Shown piece after piece: positions 48,589-58,578 of a DNA stretch of 64,000 nt. The position numbers were made by a program, and so were the translations under genes. The stretch covers positions 132,095 through 196,094 of the forward strand of contig CAMBXL010000004.1 of NCBI GenBank assembly GCA_945871905.1. The letters are read 5' to 3'. Source of the stretch: Chitinophaga pinensis (GTDB lineage Bacteria; Bacteroidota; Bacteroidia; NS11-12g; UBA955). The notes under the pieces are model-generated. The model ran no database searches and was not told the DNA's origin. It saw only the letters and a program-made list of their open reading frames with translations. The first letter of the stretch is position 1. Each line of letters opens with the position of its first letter.

Positions 48589-50715
48589 TTGACAGAAGAA
48601 CAATTAAACAATGGCAACGTATCAACAGGTGTTGATGCAGCCACAGAAAAACAAACCAAAACCCAGCATTCTAGTAATGCGACCCCAGACAATTCAGACT
48701 TTGACTGGAGTATGGACAACGCAGGATTTTCTAACTACAATTCTGCAGAACGTAAAGCGATGGAAGACCTTTACACTAGCTCTCTTAAAAGTCTGACTCA
48801 AAATGAATTAGTAAACGGAACTGTAGTTGCTTTTAACGACAGAGAAGTTGTTATCAACGTAGGATTTAAATCAGACGGTGTTATTCAACGTAACGAATTT
48901 AGAGACATGCCCGATTTAAAAGTTGGTGACAATGTTGAAGTTTACTTAGAAATTGTTGAAGATGCAAATGGTCAACTAATTTTATCTAGAAAACGTGCTA
49001 TTTTAGAGAAATCTTGGGATTTCATTACTAAAGCAATGGAAGAAGGTACTGTTTTAACAGGTTTAGTAAAAACCAGAACTAAAGGTGGTTTGGTTGTTGA
49101 TTTAATGGGTATAGATGCATTCTTACCTGGTTCTCAAATAGATGTTAAGCCAATTAAAGATTACGATCAGTATGTTGGTAAAGACATGGAGTTCAAAATT
49201 GTAAAAGTTAACGACGTTTTCAAAAATGTTGTAATTTCACATAAAGCATTAATTGAAGATGATATCGAAGCTCAAAAATCTGACATCTTATCTAAATTAG
49301 AAAAAGGTCAAGTATTAGAAGGTGTTGTTAAAAACATCGCACCATTTGGTGTATTCGTTGACTTAGGTGGTATTGATGGATTACTACACATTACAGACAT
49401 GTCATGGGGACGTATCAGCAATCCAGAAGAAATGGTTTCTTTAGATCAAAAAATTACTGTTGTAGTATTAGAATTTGACGAAGGTAAAAAACGTATTTCT
49501 TTAGGTATGAAACAATTATCAGAACACCCTTGGGATAGTTTTGGTGATTCACTTAAAGTGGGCGAAAAAGTTAAAGGTAAAGTAGTAACTGTAACTGATT
49601 ACGGTGCGTTTGTTGAAATTCAACCAGGTGTTGAAGGTTTAATTCACGTTTCTGAAATGAGTTGGAGCAGTCACCTAAGAAGTCCACACGATTTCTTAAA
49701 AACTGGTGATGAAATCGAAGCTGTTATCACTGCTTTAGAAAAAGATGAACACAAATTATCTTTAGGAATTAAACAATTGGCTCAAGATCCTTGGTTATCA
49801 ATCATTGAAAAATACAAAGTTGGAAGCAGACACAGAGGGGTTGTTAAAAACTTAACTTCTTACGGTTTATTTGTTGAACTTGAAGAAGGTGTTGATGGTT
49901 TAATTCACGTTTCTGACTTATCTTGGACTAAAAAAATCAAACATCCTTCAGAATTCATTAAAAAAGATGAGTCTATTGATGTAGTTGTTTTAGAAGTAGA
50001 TAGCGAAAACAGAAGATTATCTTTAGGACACAAACAGTTAGAAGAAAATCCATGGGATACTTTTGAAACAATCTTCTTTGTTAACAGTAAACACGAAGGT
50101 ACAATTGTTGCCATTAACGACAAAGGTGCTAATGTACAATTACAATACGGTATCGAAGGTTTTGCTCCAAAACGTCACCTTGTAAAAGAGAACGGTAGCA
50201 AAATTAAAGATTCTGAAGTATTAGTATTCGAGGTTATTGAATTCAATAAAGAGAACAAAAGCATTATTTTATCTCACACCAACAATTGGAAATCTGAAGA
50301 GAAAAACAAAGATGAAGAGAAAAGTAAAAGCGACAAAGCTGCTAAAATTGTTAAAAACATCAACAAAGCTGCAGATAAATCTACGCTTGGTGAGTTAGAT
50401 GCTTTCAATGATCTTAAAGCAATGTTTGACAATGCTAACGATAAAAAAGATGCTAAAGAAGTAAAAGCGCCTAAAAAAGTAAAAGAAGTTGAAGCTACAA
50501 CAGAGAGTAACGAGACTGATCATTCAGACTTGAAAAAAATCACTGGAATTGGCCCAGCTTTCGAAAAACGTTTAAATGCACTTGGAATTCATTCTTATGC
50601 TGATTTAATTTCATTAACAGACGAGAGAATTGCCGAATTAGAAACTCAAGATAGCATGACTAGCATAGAGACTTGGCATACTTGGATGGAAGAAGCTAAA
50701 AACTTAATGGCCTAA
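48589..50715 (+). CDS. rpsA: 30S ribosomal protein S1 with a C-terminal helix-hairpin-helix (HhH)-like extension.
   Basis: Six S1-domain repeats (…GTVVAFNDREVVINVGFKSDG…, …GVVKNIAPFGVFVDLGG…, etc.). TTG start at 48589, preceded by AGGAGG at 48574-48579. A Lys/Glu-rich linker is followed by a C-terminal HhH-like module (KITGIGPAFEKRLNALGIHSYADL). Confidence 0.85.
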   Translation: MTEEQLNNGNVSTGVDAATEKQTKTQHSSNATPDNSDFDWSMDNAGFSNYNSAERKAMEDLYTSSLKSLTQNELVNGTVVAFNDREVVINVGFKSDGVIQRNEFRDMPDLKVGDNVEVYLEIVEDANGQLILSRKRAILEKSWDFITKAMEEGTVLTGLVKTRTKGGLVVDLMGIDAFLPGSQIDVKPIKDYDQYVGKDMEFKIVKVNDVFKNVVISHKALIEDDIEAQKSDILSKLEKGQVLEGVVKNIAPFGVFVDLGGIDGLLHITDMSWGRISNPEEMVSLDQKITVVVLEFDEGKKRISLGMKQLSEHPWDSFGDSLKVGEKVKGKVVTVTDYGAFVEIQPGVEGLIHVSEMSWSSHLRSPHDFLKTGDEIEAVITALEKDEHKLSLGIKQLAQDPWLSIIEKYKVGSRHRGVVKNLTSYGLFVELEEGVDGLIHVSDLSWTKKIKHPSEFIKKDESIDVVVLEVDSENRRLSLGHKQLEENPWDTFETIFFVNSKHEGTIVAINDKGANVQLQYGIEGFAPKRHLVKENGSKIKDSEVLVFEVIEFNKENKSIILSHTNNWKSEEKNKDEEKSKSDKAAKIVKNINKAADKSTLGELDAFNDLKAMFDNANDKKDAKEVKAPKKVKEVEATTESNETDHSDLKKITGIGPAFEKRLNALGIHSYADLISLTDERIAELETQDSMTSIETWHTWMEEAKNLMA

Positions 50716-50736
50716 TCCATTCAATTAAATAACTTT

Positions 50737-50771
50737 AAAAGCTGCCCTCAAAAAGGGCAGCTTTTTTTTTG
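50737..50771. terminator. Bidirectional intrinsic terminator (GCTGCCCT-CAAAAA-AGGGCAGC flanked by an A4 run and a T9 run).
   Basis: An 8-bp perfect stem with runs on both sides, 22 nt after the rpsA stop. Confidence 0.65.
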
Positions 50772-50838
50772 TCTATTTTTTAATCCAAGCTGTGAATTAA
50801 CTTTCATTCTATTCAATTAATTTTGTAAAAAATCCGAA

Positions 50839-53073
50839 ATGGCAGATAACGAAGTATCATTGATAGAAAGAGATGAAATTGAGCGTAAAGAAATTTTAAA
50901 AAAATACAAATCTTTACTTCGCTCTATTCGACATGATTTAACAAACGAACAAAAAAAATTGATTCGTTCTGCGTTCGACCTAGCCTTAGATGCACACAAG
51001 GACATGCGCAGAAAATCGGGTGAACCCTACATTTATCACCCTATTGCTGTTGCCAAAATTGCGGCCAGTGAAATTGGTTTAGGCACTACTTCTATCGTGT
51101 GCGCCCTTATTCACGATGTTGTTGAAGATAGTAACTACACCCTGCTCGACATCAAAAGAAAATTTGGCGACAAAATCGCTAAAATTGTAGATGGTTTAAC
51201 CAAAATACAAGAAGTATTTGACCATACAGATAGCATGCAAGCTGAAAATTTCAGAAAAATGCTGCTTACCCTCAGTGACGATGTTAGAGTGATTCTAGTA
51301 AAACTTTGCGACCGATTACACAACATGAGAACTTTGGAAAGCATGAGTCGCAAAAATCAATTGAAAATATCAAGTGAAACCCTTTTTTTATATGCACCCC
51401 TCGCCCACCGTTTAGGTTTGTATAATGTTAAAAGTGAGCTTGAAGACTTGGCTATAAAATACACTCAACGTGATGCCTACAAAGAAATTAGTCAAAAACT
51501 AAATGCAAAAAAAGCAGCACGTGACCGATATATCAAAAAATTCATTGAACCGCTCAGAGATGGATTGGACGAAGCCGGTTTGGTTTATGAAATCAAAGGT
51601 CGACCAAAAAGTATTTATAGCATTCTTAAGAAAATGAATCACCAAGGGATTCCTTTTGAACAAGTTTATGATCTATTTGCGGTTAGAATTATTGTAGACT
51701 CAAAACCAGAAAAGGAAAAAGCAGACTGTTGGACAGCCTACTCTGTGGTAACCGATCGTTACAAACCAAATCCACTGAGAACAAGAGATTGGATAACAAC
51801 ACCCAAAAGCAATGGTTACGAAAGTTTGCACTCCACTGTAATGGCAAGCGATGGTAAATGGGTTGAGGTGCAAATACGAACCAAACGGATGGATGAAATT
51901 GCTGAAAAAGGTTACGCAGCCCATTGGAAATATAAAAACTCAATGGATGGCATTATCCAAAGCAAGTCGGAAGGTGTAGATGGTTGGTTGGCGAGAGTCA
52001 AAGAAGTACTAGAAAATCCGTCAAGCAATGCTTTAGAATTTTTAGATGATTTTAAACTACAACTAATTCACGATGAAATATTTGTTTTTACACCGGGAGG
52101 CGATTTAAAAAAGCTCCCTGTTGGTGCTACTGCGCTTGACTTTGCATTTGAGATACATACCGAAGTTGGGAACAAATGTATTGGGGCTAAATTAAACAAT
52201 AAACTTGTCCCTATCAGTCATGTGTTGACCAATGGCGACCAAGTGGAAATTCTAACTTCAGAAAAACAACATCCCAAAGAAGAGTGGCTCAATTCTGTAG
52301 TTACCGGAAAAGCGATTGCTAGAATTAGAAATTACCTAAGAGAACACAAACGTATAGCTGCTGAAGAAGGAAAAGAAATTCTAAAAAAACGCTTTTCTAA
52401 AGAAAAATTTACGTTCAATGATGACAACGTTCAAAAAATCGTAAAATTCTTTAAAATACAAAGTCAACTTGATTTGTATTTCAACATCCAAAAAGGATTA
52501 ATCAGTCAGGACAAGTTAGACATTGACAGTATTTTGAATTTCAAACCCAATGTTAATAAGCTTGTAAAACCAATCAAAGTAAAAGAGAAAGCGAGTGCAT
52601 CGGGCAGTAAAAATGAAATTATTGTGGGCGAAGACAACGATCTAAGTTACACTTTATCCAAATGTTGCAATCCAATTCCTGGAGATGATATTTTTGGGTT
52701 TATTACTATAGGCGAAGGAGTTAAAATTCACAGGACTAATTGCCCTAATGCAGTTTCATTGATGAGTAACTATGGCTACAGAGTAATAAAAGCACAATGG
52801 AAAGAAAATTTAATTAAACAAGAAACTAAGTTTTTGGCAATTATTAAAATTATAGGTATAGATGATGTGGGCGTTGTGAGTAGTTTAGCCGATATTATTA
52901 GTAAAAACTTGGAAGTAAACATGAAATCTATCACTATTGAAAGTAACGAAGGAACCTTTGAGGGAACTATTTCTGTGTACGTCGAGGACACGCAACACTT
53001 GGATTTAATGATGAAAAAGATACAAGAAAAACATCCAACTATGCAAATCAGCAGAGTGGACATAAACAAATAA
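50839..53073 (+). CDS. Bifunctional (p)ppGpp synthetase/hydrolase, RelA/SpoT homologue (RSH).
   Basis: HD hydrolase domain (HPIAVAKI…HDVVED), synthetase domain (…DLFAVRIIV…YESLHSTV), then TGS and ACT regions. 744 aa. Confidence 0.9.
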   Translation: MADNEVSLIERDEIERKEILKKYKSLLRSIRHDLTNEQKKLIRSAFDLALDAHKDMRRKSGEPYIYHPIAVAKIAASEIGLGTTSIVCALIHDVVEDSNYTLLDIKRKFGDKIAKIVDGLTKIQEVFDHTDSMQAENFRKMLLTLSDDVRVILVKLCDRLHNMRTLESMSRKNQLKISSETLFLYAPLAHRLGLYNVKSELEDLAIKYTQRDAYKEISQKLNAKKAARDRYIKKFIEPLRDGLDEAGLVYEIKGRPKSIYSILKKMNHQGIPFEQVYDLFAVRIIVDSKPEKEKADCWTAYSVVTDRYKPNPLRTRDWITTPKSNGYESLHSTVMASDGKWVEVQIRTKRMDEIAEKGYAAHWKYKNSMDGIIQSKSEGVDGWLARVKEVLENPSSNALEFLDDFKLQLIHDEIFVFTPGGDLKKLPVGATALDFAFEIHTEVGNKCIGAKLNNKLVPISHVLTNGDQVEILTSEKQHPKEEWLNSVVTGKAIARIRNYLREHKRIAAEEGKEILKKRFSKEKFTFNDDNVQKIVKFFKIQSQLDLYFNIQKGLISQDKLDIDSILNFKPNVNKLVKPIKVKEKASASGSKNEIIVGEDNDLSYTLSKCCNPIPGDDIFGFITIGEGVKIHRTNCPNAVSLMSNYGYRVIKAQWKENLIKQETKFLAIIKIIGIDDVGVVSSLADIISKNLEVNMKSITIESNEGTFEGTISVYVEDTQHLDLMMKKIQEKHPTMQISRVDINK

Positions 53074-53160
53074 TTAAGAACAATATAGAGAAAATTTGAG
53101 TTAAAATTCATTAACTTTGCAACGCACTATTTAAACCAAAAAGAAGCATTATAATATCCT

Positions 53161-53868
53161 ATGGGAAGAGTATTTGAGAAAAGAAAACACACGATGTTTG
53201 CCCGATTTGACAAAATGTCTAAAACATTCACCAAATTCGGCAAAGAAATAGCTATGGCTGTAAAGGGTGGAGGAGTTGATCCTGACACTAATTCTAAATT
53301 AAGAGTTGTTATTGCCAATGCTAAAAGTGCAAACATGCCTAAAGACAGAATTGAGGCAGCCATTAAGCGTTCATCTAACAAAGATACAAGTAACTACGAA
53401 GAGGTAGCTTACGAGGCAATGTGTATGAAAGGCATTGGATTAATTATTGAGACCGCTACCGACAATCCAACAAGAACAGTAGCAAATATCAGAATGCACC
53501 TAAACCGTGGTGGTGGTGAATTGGGTAAATCAGGTTGCTTGGATTTTGCATTTGATAGAAAAAGTATTTTTATCATCAATACTGATGGCGTTAATACAGA
53601 AGAACTTGAATTGGAATTAATAGACGCAGGATTAGAAGACATTGAAATTGAAGGAAATGAAATGGTGCTAACTGCATCGTTTGAAAACTTCGGTAACATG
53701 CAAAAAGCACTTGAATCAAAAGGACTAACAATAGTGAGTGCTGAACTACAAAGAATTCCAACAAGTTTAGTGAATTTAAATGAAGAAGAAAAACTACAAG
53801 TTGAAAAACTTATTGAACGTTTAGAAGAAGATGATGACGTTCAAAATGTATACTCTAATATGGCTTAA
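53161..53868 (+). CDS. yebC: YebC/PmpR family DNA-binding transcriptional regulator.
   Basis: The N-terminus GRVFEKRKHTMFARFDKMSKTFTKFGKEIAMAVKGGG matches YebC. 235 aa. Confidence 0.85.
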   Translation: MGRVFEKRKHTMFARFDKMSKTFTKFGKEIAMAVKGGGVDPDTNSKLRVVIANAKSANMPKDRIEAAIKRSSNKDTSNYEEVAYEAMCMKGIGLIIETATDNPTRTVANIRMHLNRGGGELGKSGCLDFAFDRKSIFIINTDGVNTEELELELIDAGLEDIEIEGNEMVLTASFENFGNMQKALESKGLTIVSAELQRIPTSLVNLNEEEKLQVEKLIERLEEDDDVQNVYSNMA

Positions 53869-53889
53869 TAAAAAAACAACAACATTCAA

Positions 53890-54777
53890 ATGAATAGAAC
53901 TAACAACAACAACATTTTAGTCCCAACAGATTTTTCTGACGTAGCAAACAATGCTTTAGGACATGCCCTCAAAATTGCTGAAGTTTATGGCAATGAAATT
54001 ACATTAATTAATGTACAAGATGAAGGTGGATTATTCGGATTATTTGGTAACGACGAAAAAATGAAATTAATTGAAGAAGCCATTAATTCTCGTTTGGACA
54101 AAGTTATTTCAGAATCTCAAAAATCATTTCCTAATGTAAAAATTAACAAAAGAATCGCTTATGGTAAAGTGTATAAAGTTGTTAATGAAATTGCTGAAGA
54201 AGAAAATTTTGACAGTATCATGATGGGTACAAACGGTGCAAGTGGATTACAACAAATTATTGGAAGTAATTCAAGCAGAGTAATTAATTATGCTAAAGTT
54301 CCCGTAATAGTTATCAAAGACCAACCGATTGGTAAAAATGGTTACGAAAAAATTGTATTGCCAATCGATTTGTCAAGAGAAAGTAGACAGAAATTAAAAT
54401 GGGCAATCCATGTGGCTAAAAAATTCAATAGCACCATCCATGTTATTTATGAAAACTTTACGGATTCTGAATACAAAAACAAAATTTTTGCAGTTATCAA
54501 CCAAACTCAAGACATATTATCTCAAAACAATGCCAATTACATAGTGAGAGGTCTGGATGATGACAAATACCCGGATAGTTTTGCCGAAGACACACTTAAC
54601 TACGCCGATGAAATTGGCGCTGACTTAGTGATAATAATGACACAACAAGAAAAAGGATTCAGTGAATTTTTACTAGGTAGCTACGCACAACAAATTGTAA
54701 ACCACAGTGGTAAAGTTCCTGTAATGTGTATCAACAGTGGTAGCACTGGAATTATCCTAGACGGTGTATTTAGTTAA
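53890..54777 (+). CDS. Universal stress protein with tandem UspA domains.
   Basis: Two Usp-like halves (ILVPTDFSDVANNAL…; KIVLPIDLSRESRQKL…), each with a glycine-rich ATP-binding-like stretch (GTNGASG; SGSTG). Confidence 0.7.
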   Translation: MNRTNNNNILVPTDFSDVANNALGHALKIAEVYGNEITLINVQDEGGLFGLFGNDEKMKLIEEAINSRLDKVISESQKSFPNVKINKRIAYGKVYKVVNEIAEEENFDSIMMGTNGASGLQQIIGSNSSRVINYAKVPVIVIKDQPIGKNGYEKIVLPIDLSRESRQKLKWAIHVAKKFNSTIHVIYENFTDSEYKNKIFAVINQTQDILSQNNANYIVRGLDDDKYPDSFAEDTLNYADEIGADLVIIMTQQEKGFSEFLLGSYAQQIVNHSGKVPVMCINSGSTGIILDGVFS

Positions 54778-54801
54778 TATCTAAATACCCTATATTTATC
54801 T

Positions 54802-54839
54802 AAAACAGCTTACTCATTCAGTAAGCTGTTTTTTTTTGA
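54802..54839 (+). terminator. Intrinsic terminator (AACAGCTTACT-CATTC-AGTAAGCTGTT followed by T9).
   Basis: An 11-bp perfect stem followed by a T-run, 25 nt after the usp stop. Confidence 0.65.
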
Positions 54840-54924
54840 ATTTGGAGATTTGGATATGATTCTATTAATTTGTGAGCGTTAATTCATTAAATAAGTCTGC
54901 TAAATAATGAATTAACTGAATAAA

Positions 54925-55674
54925 ATGAAAAAAACAATTCTACTTTTTGCACTCAACTCATTACTTTTAAGTAATTTATTTTCTCAAGAAAAAAATGAAC
55001 GTAAAGGATATTCGTCTATTATTTTAGGCGCTAGTATTCCAACCGGAAACTTTAAAAGCGAAAACTTCTATAACAATGAAGCAGGTTATGCCAATGGCGG
55101 AATTCTTTTTGATATTGCTTTTGCCTATAATTTTCATCCAAAACTTGGCGTTAAATCAATAATGCGAGGACAAGCCAACCCTTTAGATGCAGGAACTTAT
55201 GCTCAAGACTTAGCTGATTTCCTAGGTGAAGATTATGCTGCAGGTTCAACAACAGTTAGCGTTCAGTCTTCTGTTTATTCATTAGGTGGAATGCTAGTTG
55301 GACTAAATGGCTCTTTTCCAATTGAAAAAAACATCAAATTCGAACCATATGCTTTAATAGGACTTTCTACCGCAACTTTACCTTCAATGATGGTTGAATC
55401 TTTTTATTACCAAAATAAAATGAATTCTATTTACCAAGAACAAGCAACAACAAATTCATTCTCTTATATTATTGGTGCTTCTGCTAAATTAAACTTATCT
55501 GAACAAATCTGCTTATTGCTAAATTTAGATTATTATGCATCAAAAGCCGAATGGAATAATGTGAGAGTTATAACTGTAGGACATGTTTCTAGAACAACAG
55601 AAGTAAGAAATTACAGATATGAACAAAAATTCAGTACAATAAATTTAAGTGGTGGAGTTGGTTTTAGATTTTAA
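54925..55674 (+). CDS. Hypothetical outer-membrane beta-barrel protein.
   Basis: Signal peptide, alternating amphipathic strands and a C-terminal aromatic (GVGFRF). Confidence 0.45.
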   Translation: MKKTILLFALNSLLLSNLFSQEKNERKGYSSIILGASIPTGNFKSENFYNNEAGYANGGILFDIAFAYNFHPKLGVKSIMRGQANPLDAGTYAQDLADFLGEDYAAGSTTVSVQSSVYSLGGMLVGLNGSFPIEKNIKFEPYALIGLSTATLPSMMVESFYYQNKMNSIYQEQATTNSFSYIIGASAKLNLSEQICLLLNLDYYASKAEWNNVRVITVGHVSRTTEVRNYRYEQKFSTINLSGGVGFRF

Positions 55675-55758
55675 GAGTTAATATCTATTTTGACACCTGT
55701 TTCAATATTATTGTTAATTTTAAATATAATTTGATTTCTTTGCAATACCATTAATCTT

Positions 55759-56538
55759 ATGAAAATTTACTATTTTAATACATACATTTATCTTCTTTTA
55801 CTTGTTCCTTTTTTATTCAGCGCTTGTGAAAAAGAAGACAAAAGACTCCCTATTCTTCTAACCTATGAGGCCAAAGATATTTCTAGATCAAGAGCCGTAG
55901 TTTCTGGTAAATTAGTTATTGAATTCACCAAAACGGTTACTGAGTTAGGATTTTGTTGGGACGAAAACCCCAATCCCGGACTGAGTTCAAACACTCTCAT
56001 TCTTGAAGATTACACAATTGGCGAGGATTTTGAAACTGATATAACTGGACTTAAACCTAATACCACTTATTATCTTAGAACTTATGCTAAAGCAGGTTCT
56101 GATTTGACTTTTGGTGATGAAGTTACTTTTACAACTACTAATTTACCCATAAGTACACCCTGTCAACCTGAAGACAACTTACTGATAATTAATTCTGAAG
56201 AACACAGGTATAGTAATGTATATCACCCCTATTCAGGAGGAAACGGTGGTTACACTTTTTATGTTGGTGGTTCAAGAAGTGATATCTATATTACCTTTCA
56301 ACAAAAGCCTGAAACTGGTAAATATGTGATACAAAATTACTCTACAAGTTATTGGAATCCAAATGGATGTAAAATAAGAGCCACTCTCTTAAATCAAGTA
56401 TTTTATGCAACTGAAGATGATGATGTCTATGTTGATAATGATGGAAATGGGAACTTTATTATTACTTTTTGTGATAACTATTTCAGTTATAGTACAACTT
56501 TTTTCTTACCCTTTAATGGTCGATTGGTTACTAACTAA
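55759..56538 (+). CDS. Hypothetical lipoprotein.
   Basis: Lipobox LFSACEKE. A Thr/Tyr-rich beta protein with no recognisable domain. Confidence 0.4.
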   Translation: MKIYYFNTYIYLLLLVPFLFSACEKEDKRLPILLTYEAKDISRSRAVVSGKLVIEFTKTVTELGFCWDENPNPGLSSNTLILEDYTIGEDFETDITGLKPNTTYYLRTYAKAGSDLTFGDEVTFTTTNLPISTPCQPEDNLLIINSEEHRYSNVYHPYSGGNGGYTFYVGGSRSDIYITFQQKPETGKYVIQNYSTSYWNPNGCKIRATLLNQVFYATEDDDVYVDNDGNGNFIITFCDNYFSYSTTFFLPFNGRLVTN

Positions 56539-57248
56539 CCTATAGAACAAGCAATGTAAGAAATACACAAAGCCATTAAAATAACCAACCATCTTTTTAA
56601 TCCTTCTTTTTTCCAAAGGGAATGTTCAAAAACAATAGTGGTACTGATATGTAAAAATGTTCCTGCAATAATGGCCGTAATAACTTGTGACATGTGTTCA
56701 CTAATTAAGTTTTCGTCGTGCAAATAGGAACCCAAGGTAAATCCAATCGATGTTGCCAATGCGTAACTAATTAGTAATAAATTCAATACTTTTTTATTAC
56801 TAAACTTTGATGCTAATAATACCGATAAAGCAAACGATGCCGGAATTTCATGTATAGAAATACCCACAACCATCCCACTTATAATACTGGTATTTAAGTA
56901 ATTACTCAAACCTGCAGAATAACCTTCGAAAAAGGCGTGCAAAAACAACCCTACAAACAATACATAAATGTTTTTGGGAATTTCATTTTTGTGAATGTGT
57001 CCATGTCCAATACCTCCTGTAAATTTTTCGAGTACTATTTGAAATAAAAATCCAACCGCTAACCAAATGCCAGCCTGTTTAATATTGTCAAACAATTCGG
57101 GTAACAATCCAAACAAAGCAATCCCAAACAAAAAAGCACCACTGAATAAAATGGTATTACCTATAAATTTATTAGCCTTTAACTTTAAATAATAACTGAG
57201 AGAAATACCAATAATAGGACCTGAAAGTAAAATAAGTTGAGGAATCAT
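56535..57248 (-). CDS. ZIP family metal (zinc/iron) transporter.
   Basis: His-rich loop (GHGHIHKNE), a ZIP signature helix (HAFFEGYSAG) and ~8 TM helices. Confidence 0.7.
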   Translation of the reverse strand: MIPQLILLSGPIIGISLSYYLKLKANKFIGNTILFSGAFLFGIALFGLLPELFDNIKQAGIWLAVGFLFQIVLEKFTGGIGHGHIHKNEIPKNIYVLFVGLFLHAFFEGYSAGLSNYLNTSIISGMVVGISIHEIPASFALSVLLASKFSNKKVLNLLLISYALATSIGFTLGSYLHDENLISEHMSQVITAIIAGTFLHISTTIVFEHSLWKKEGLKRWLVILMALCISYIACSIG

Positions 57249-57805
57249 GATTTTGAAGAAAGTCGTTGTGAAGAAAAAATATAAAGTTTGTAAAATATAA
57301 ACCCAATTAATGCGCCTAATAATGCCCCTACAATTACATCGGAGGGATAATGAACACCATTGTAAATCCTACTAAATGCAATTAAAAAAGCCCAAGTGAA
57401 CCAAAAAACTGTATTTTTAAGGTTTTTAAAACCGTATAATAAAACAAAGAAAACAGCAACCGCAAAATGATTAGCGGCATGTGATGAAGGCATACTTCCA
57501 TTGTTTCCACAATTCACCAAAACATTGGGAGTCAGTGACAACTCATGACATGGCCTTGTTCTCTCAAACATTGGCTTAAACACTTTACTGCTTATAAAAT
57601 CAGAAGCCGAAGCTGCAAGGATAACCGACAGTAAAATCAAAAGTGACTTTTTTTTGTACTCTTTGGTCAACAAAAAGATAACTAACACATAAAATGGAAT
57701 CCAAAAAAGTTTATCGGAAAACTTGACCATCAAAAAATCAAACACACCATTCGAAAGGGTTTTGTTTATAAACTTAAAAAGTGCTATGTCAATTGATTCT
57801 ATCAT
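57245..57805 (-). CDS. PAP2 superfamily phosphatase (membrane-bound).
   Basis: PAP2 motifs KxxxxxxRP (KPMFERTRP), PSSH (PSSHAANH) and SRxxxxxHxxxD (SRIYNGVHYPSD). Confidence 0.75.
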   Translation of the reverse strand: MIESIDIALFKFINKTLSNGVFDFLMVKFSDKLFWIPFYVLVIFLLTKEYKKKSLLILLSVILAASASDFISSKVFKPMFERTRPCHELSLTPNVLVNCGNNGSMPSSHAANHFAVAVFFVLLYGFKNLKNTVFWFTWAFLIAFSRIYNGVHYPSDVIVGALLGALIGFIFYKLYIFSSQRLSSKS

Positions 57806-58527
57806 ATTTTTTCGGATATTAAGATAAGACGGTCTGAACTTCTAGGATTGTAGGTATTTAATTGATAATCGCCATAAAGATGCTTTATTTTAAAACCAAC
57901 CTTTTGATACATTTGCTCAAAATCAGAAAGAGTAAACAATGTTACTTCCTCGCTAAATTCATAAGTCTCCTGCCCTACTTCAAATGAAATATTTTTAATA
58001 ATCTGTTGTTCAATAATAGTTCGGGTTATTTCAAACACTACATCACCCCTTTTTATCGTTTCTTTTTCTACTAAATTTTTGATTACAATTTCTGCATTCA
58101 AAAAGTCTTGAACGAAAATCGCACCCGGTTTTAAATTCTCATAAACACTGTTTAATGTCTGGATATTGTCATTTTTATCGACAAAGTAACCAAAACTTGT
58201 AAATAAATTGAGGACCGCATCAAATTCATTTTTCTTAAAAACTTGACGCATATCGTGTACAAAAAAATGGGTTAAATCAGACTTTATTTGCTTGGCTATT
58301 TGAATGTTGTTGGGACTCAAATCTACCCCTACTGTGTTGTAACCCAACTGAGCCATAGTCCTAGAATGACGGCCGTTTCCACATGCCAAATCTAATAATT
58401 TTGCAGAGGGTTCTATGGTTAAATTGTTAAACAATTGGGTCAAAAAATCGACCGCTTCCTTGTCATCCCTTTTTTTATAGAGTAAATGATAATAGGGACT
58501 GTCAAACCATTCTTTAAACCACGCCAT
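57802..58527 (-). CDS. Class I SAM-dependent methyltransferase.
   Basis: Motif I LLDLACGNGRHS plus post-I and II motifs. 241 aa. Apparent operon with the PAP2 and ZIP genes (4-nt overlaps). Confidence 0.7.
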   Translation of the reverse strand: MAWFKEWFDSPYYHLLYKKRDDKEAVDFLTQLFNNLTIEPSAKLLDLACGNGRHSRTMAQLGYNTVGVDLSPNNIQIAKQIKSDLTHFFVHDMRQVFKKNEFDAVLNLFTSFGYFVDKNDNIQTLNSVYENLKPGAIFVQDFLNAEIVIKNLVEKETIKRGDVVFEITRTIIEQQIIKNISFEVGQETYEFSEEVTLFTLSDFEQMYQKVGFKIKHLYGDYQLNTYNPRSSDRLILISEKI

Positions 58528-58578
58528 TTTAAAAACGTTGCAAATTAAAATATTAAATCCTACTTTCGCATTAATATT

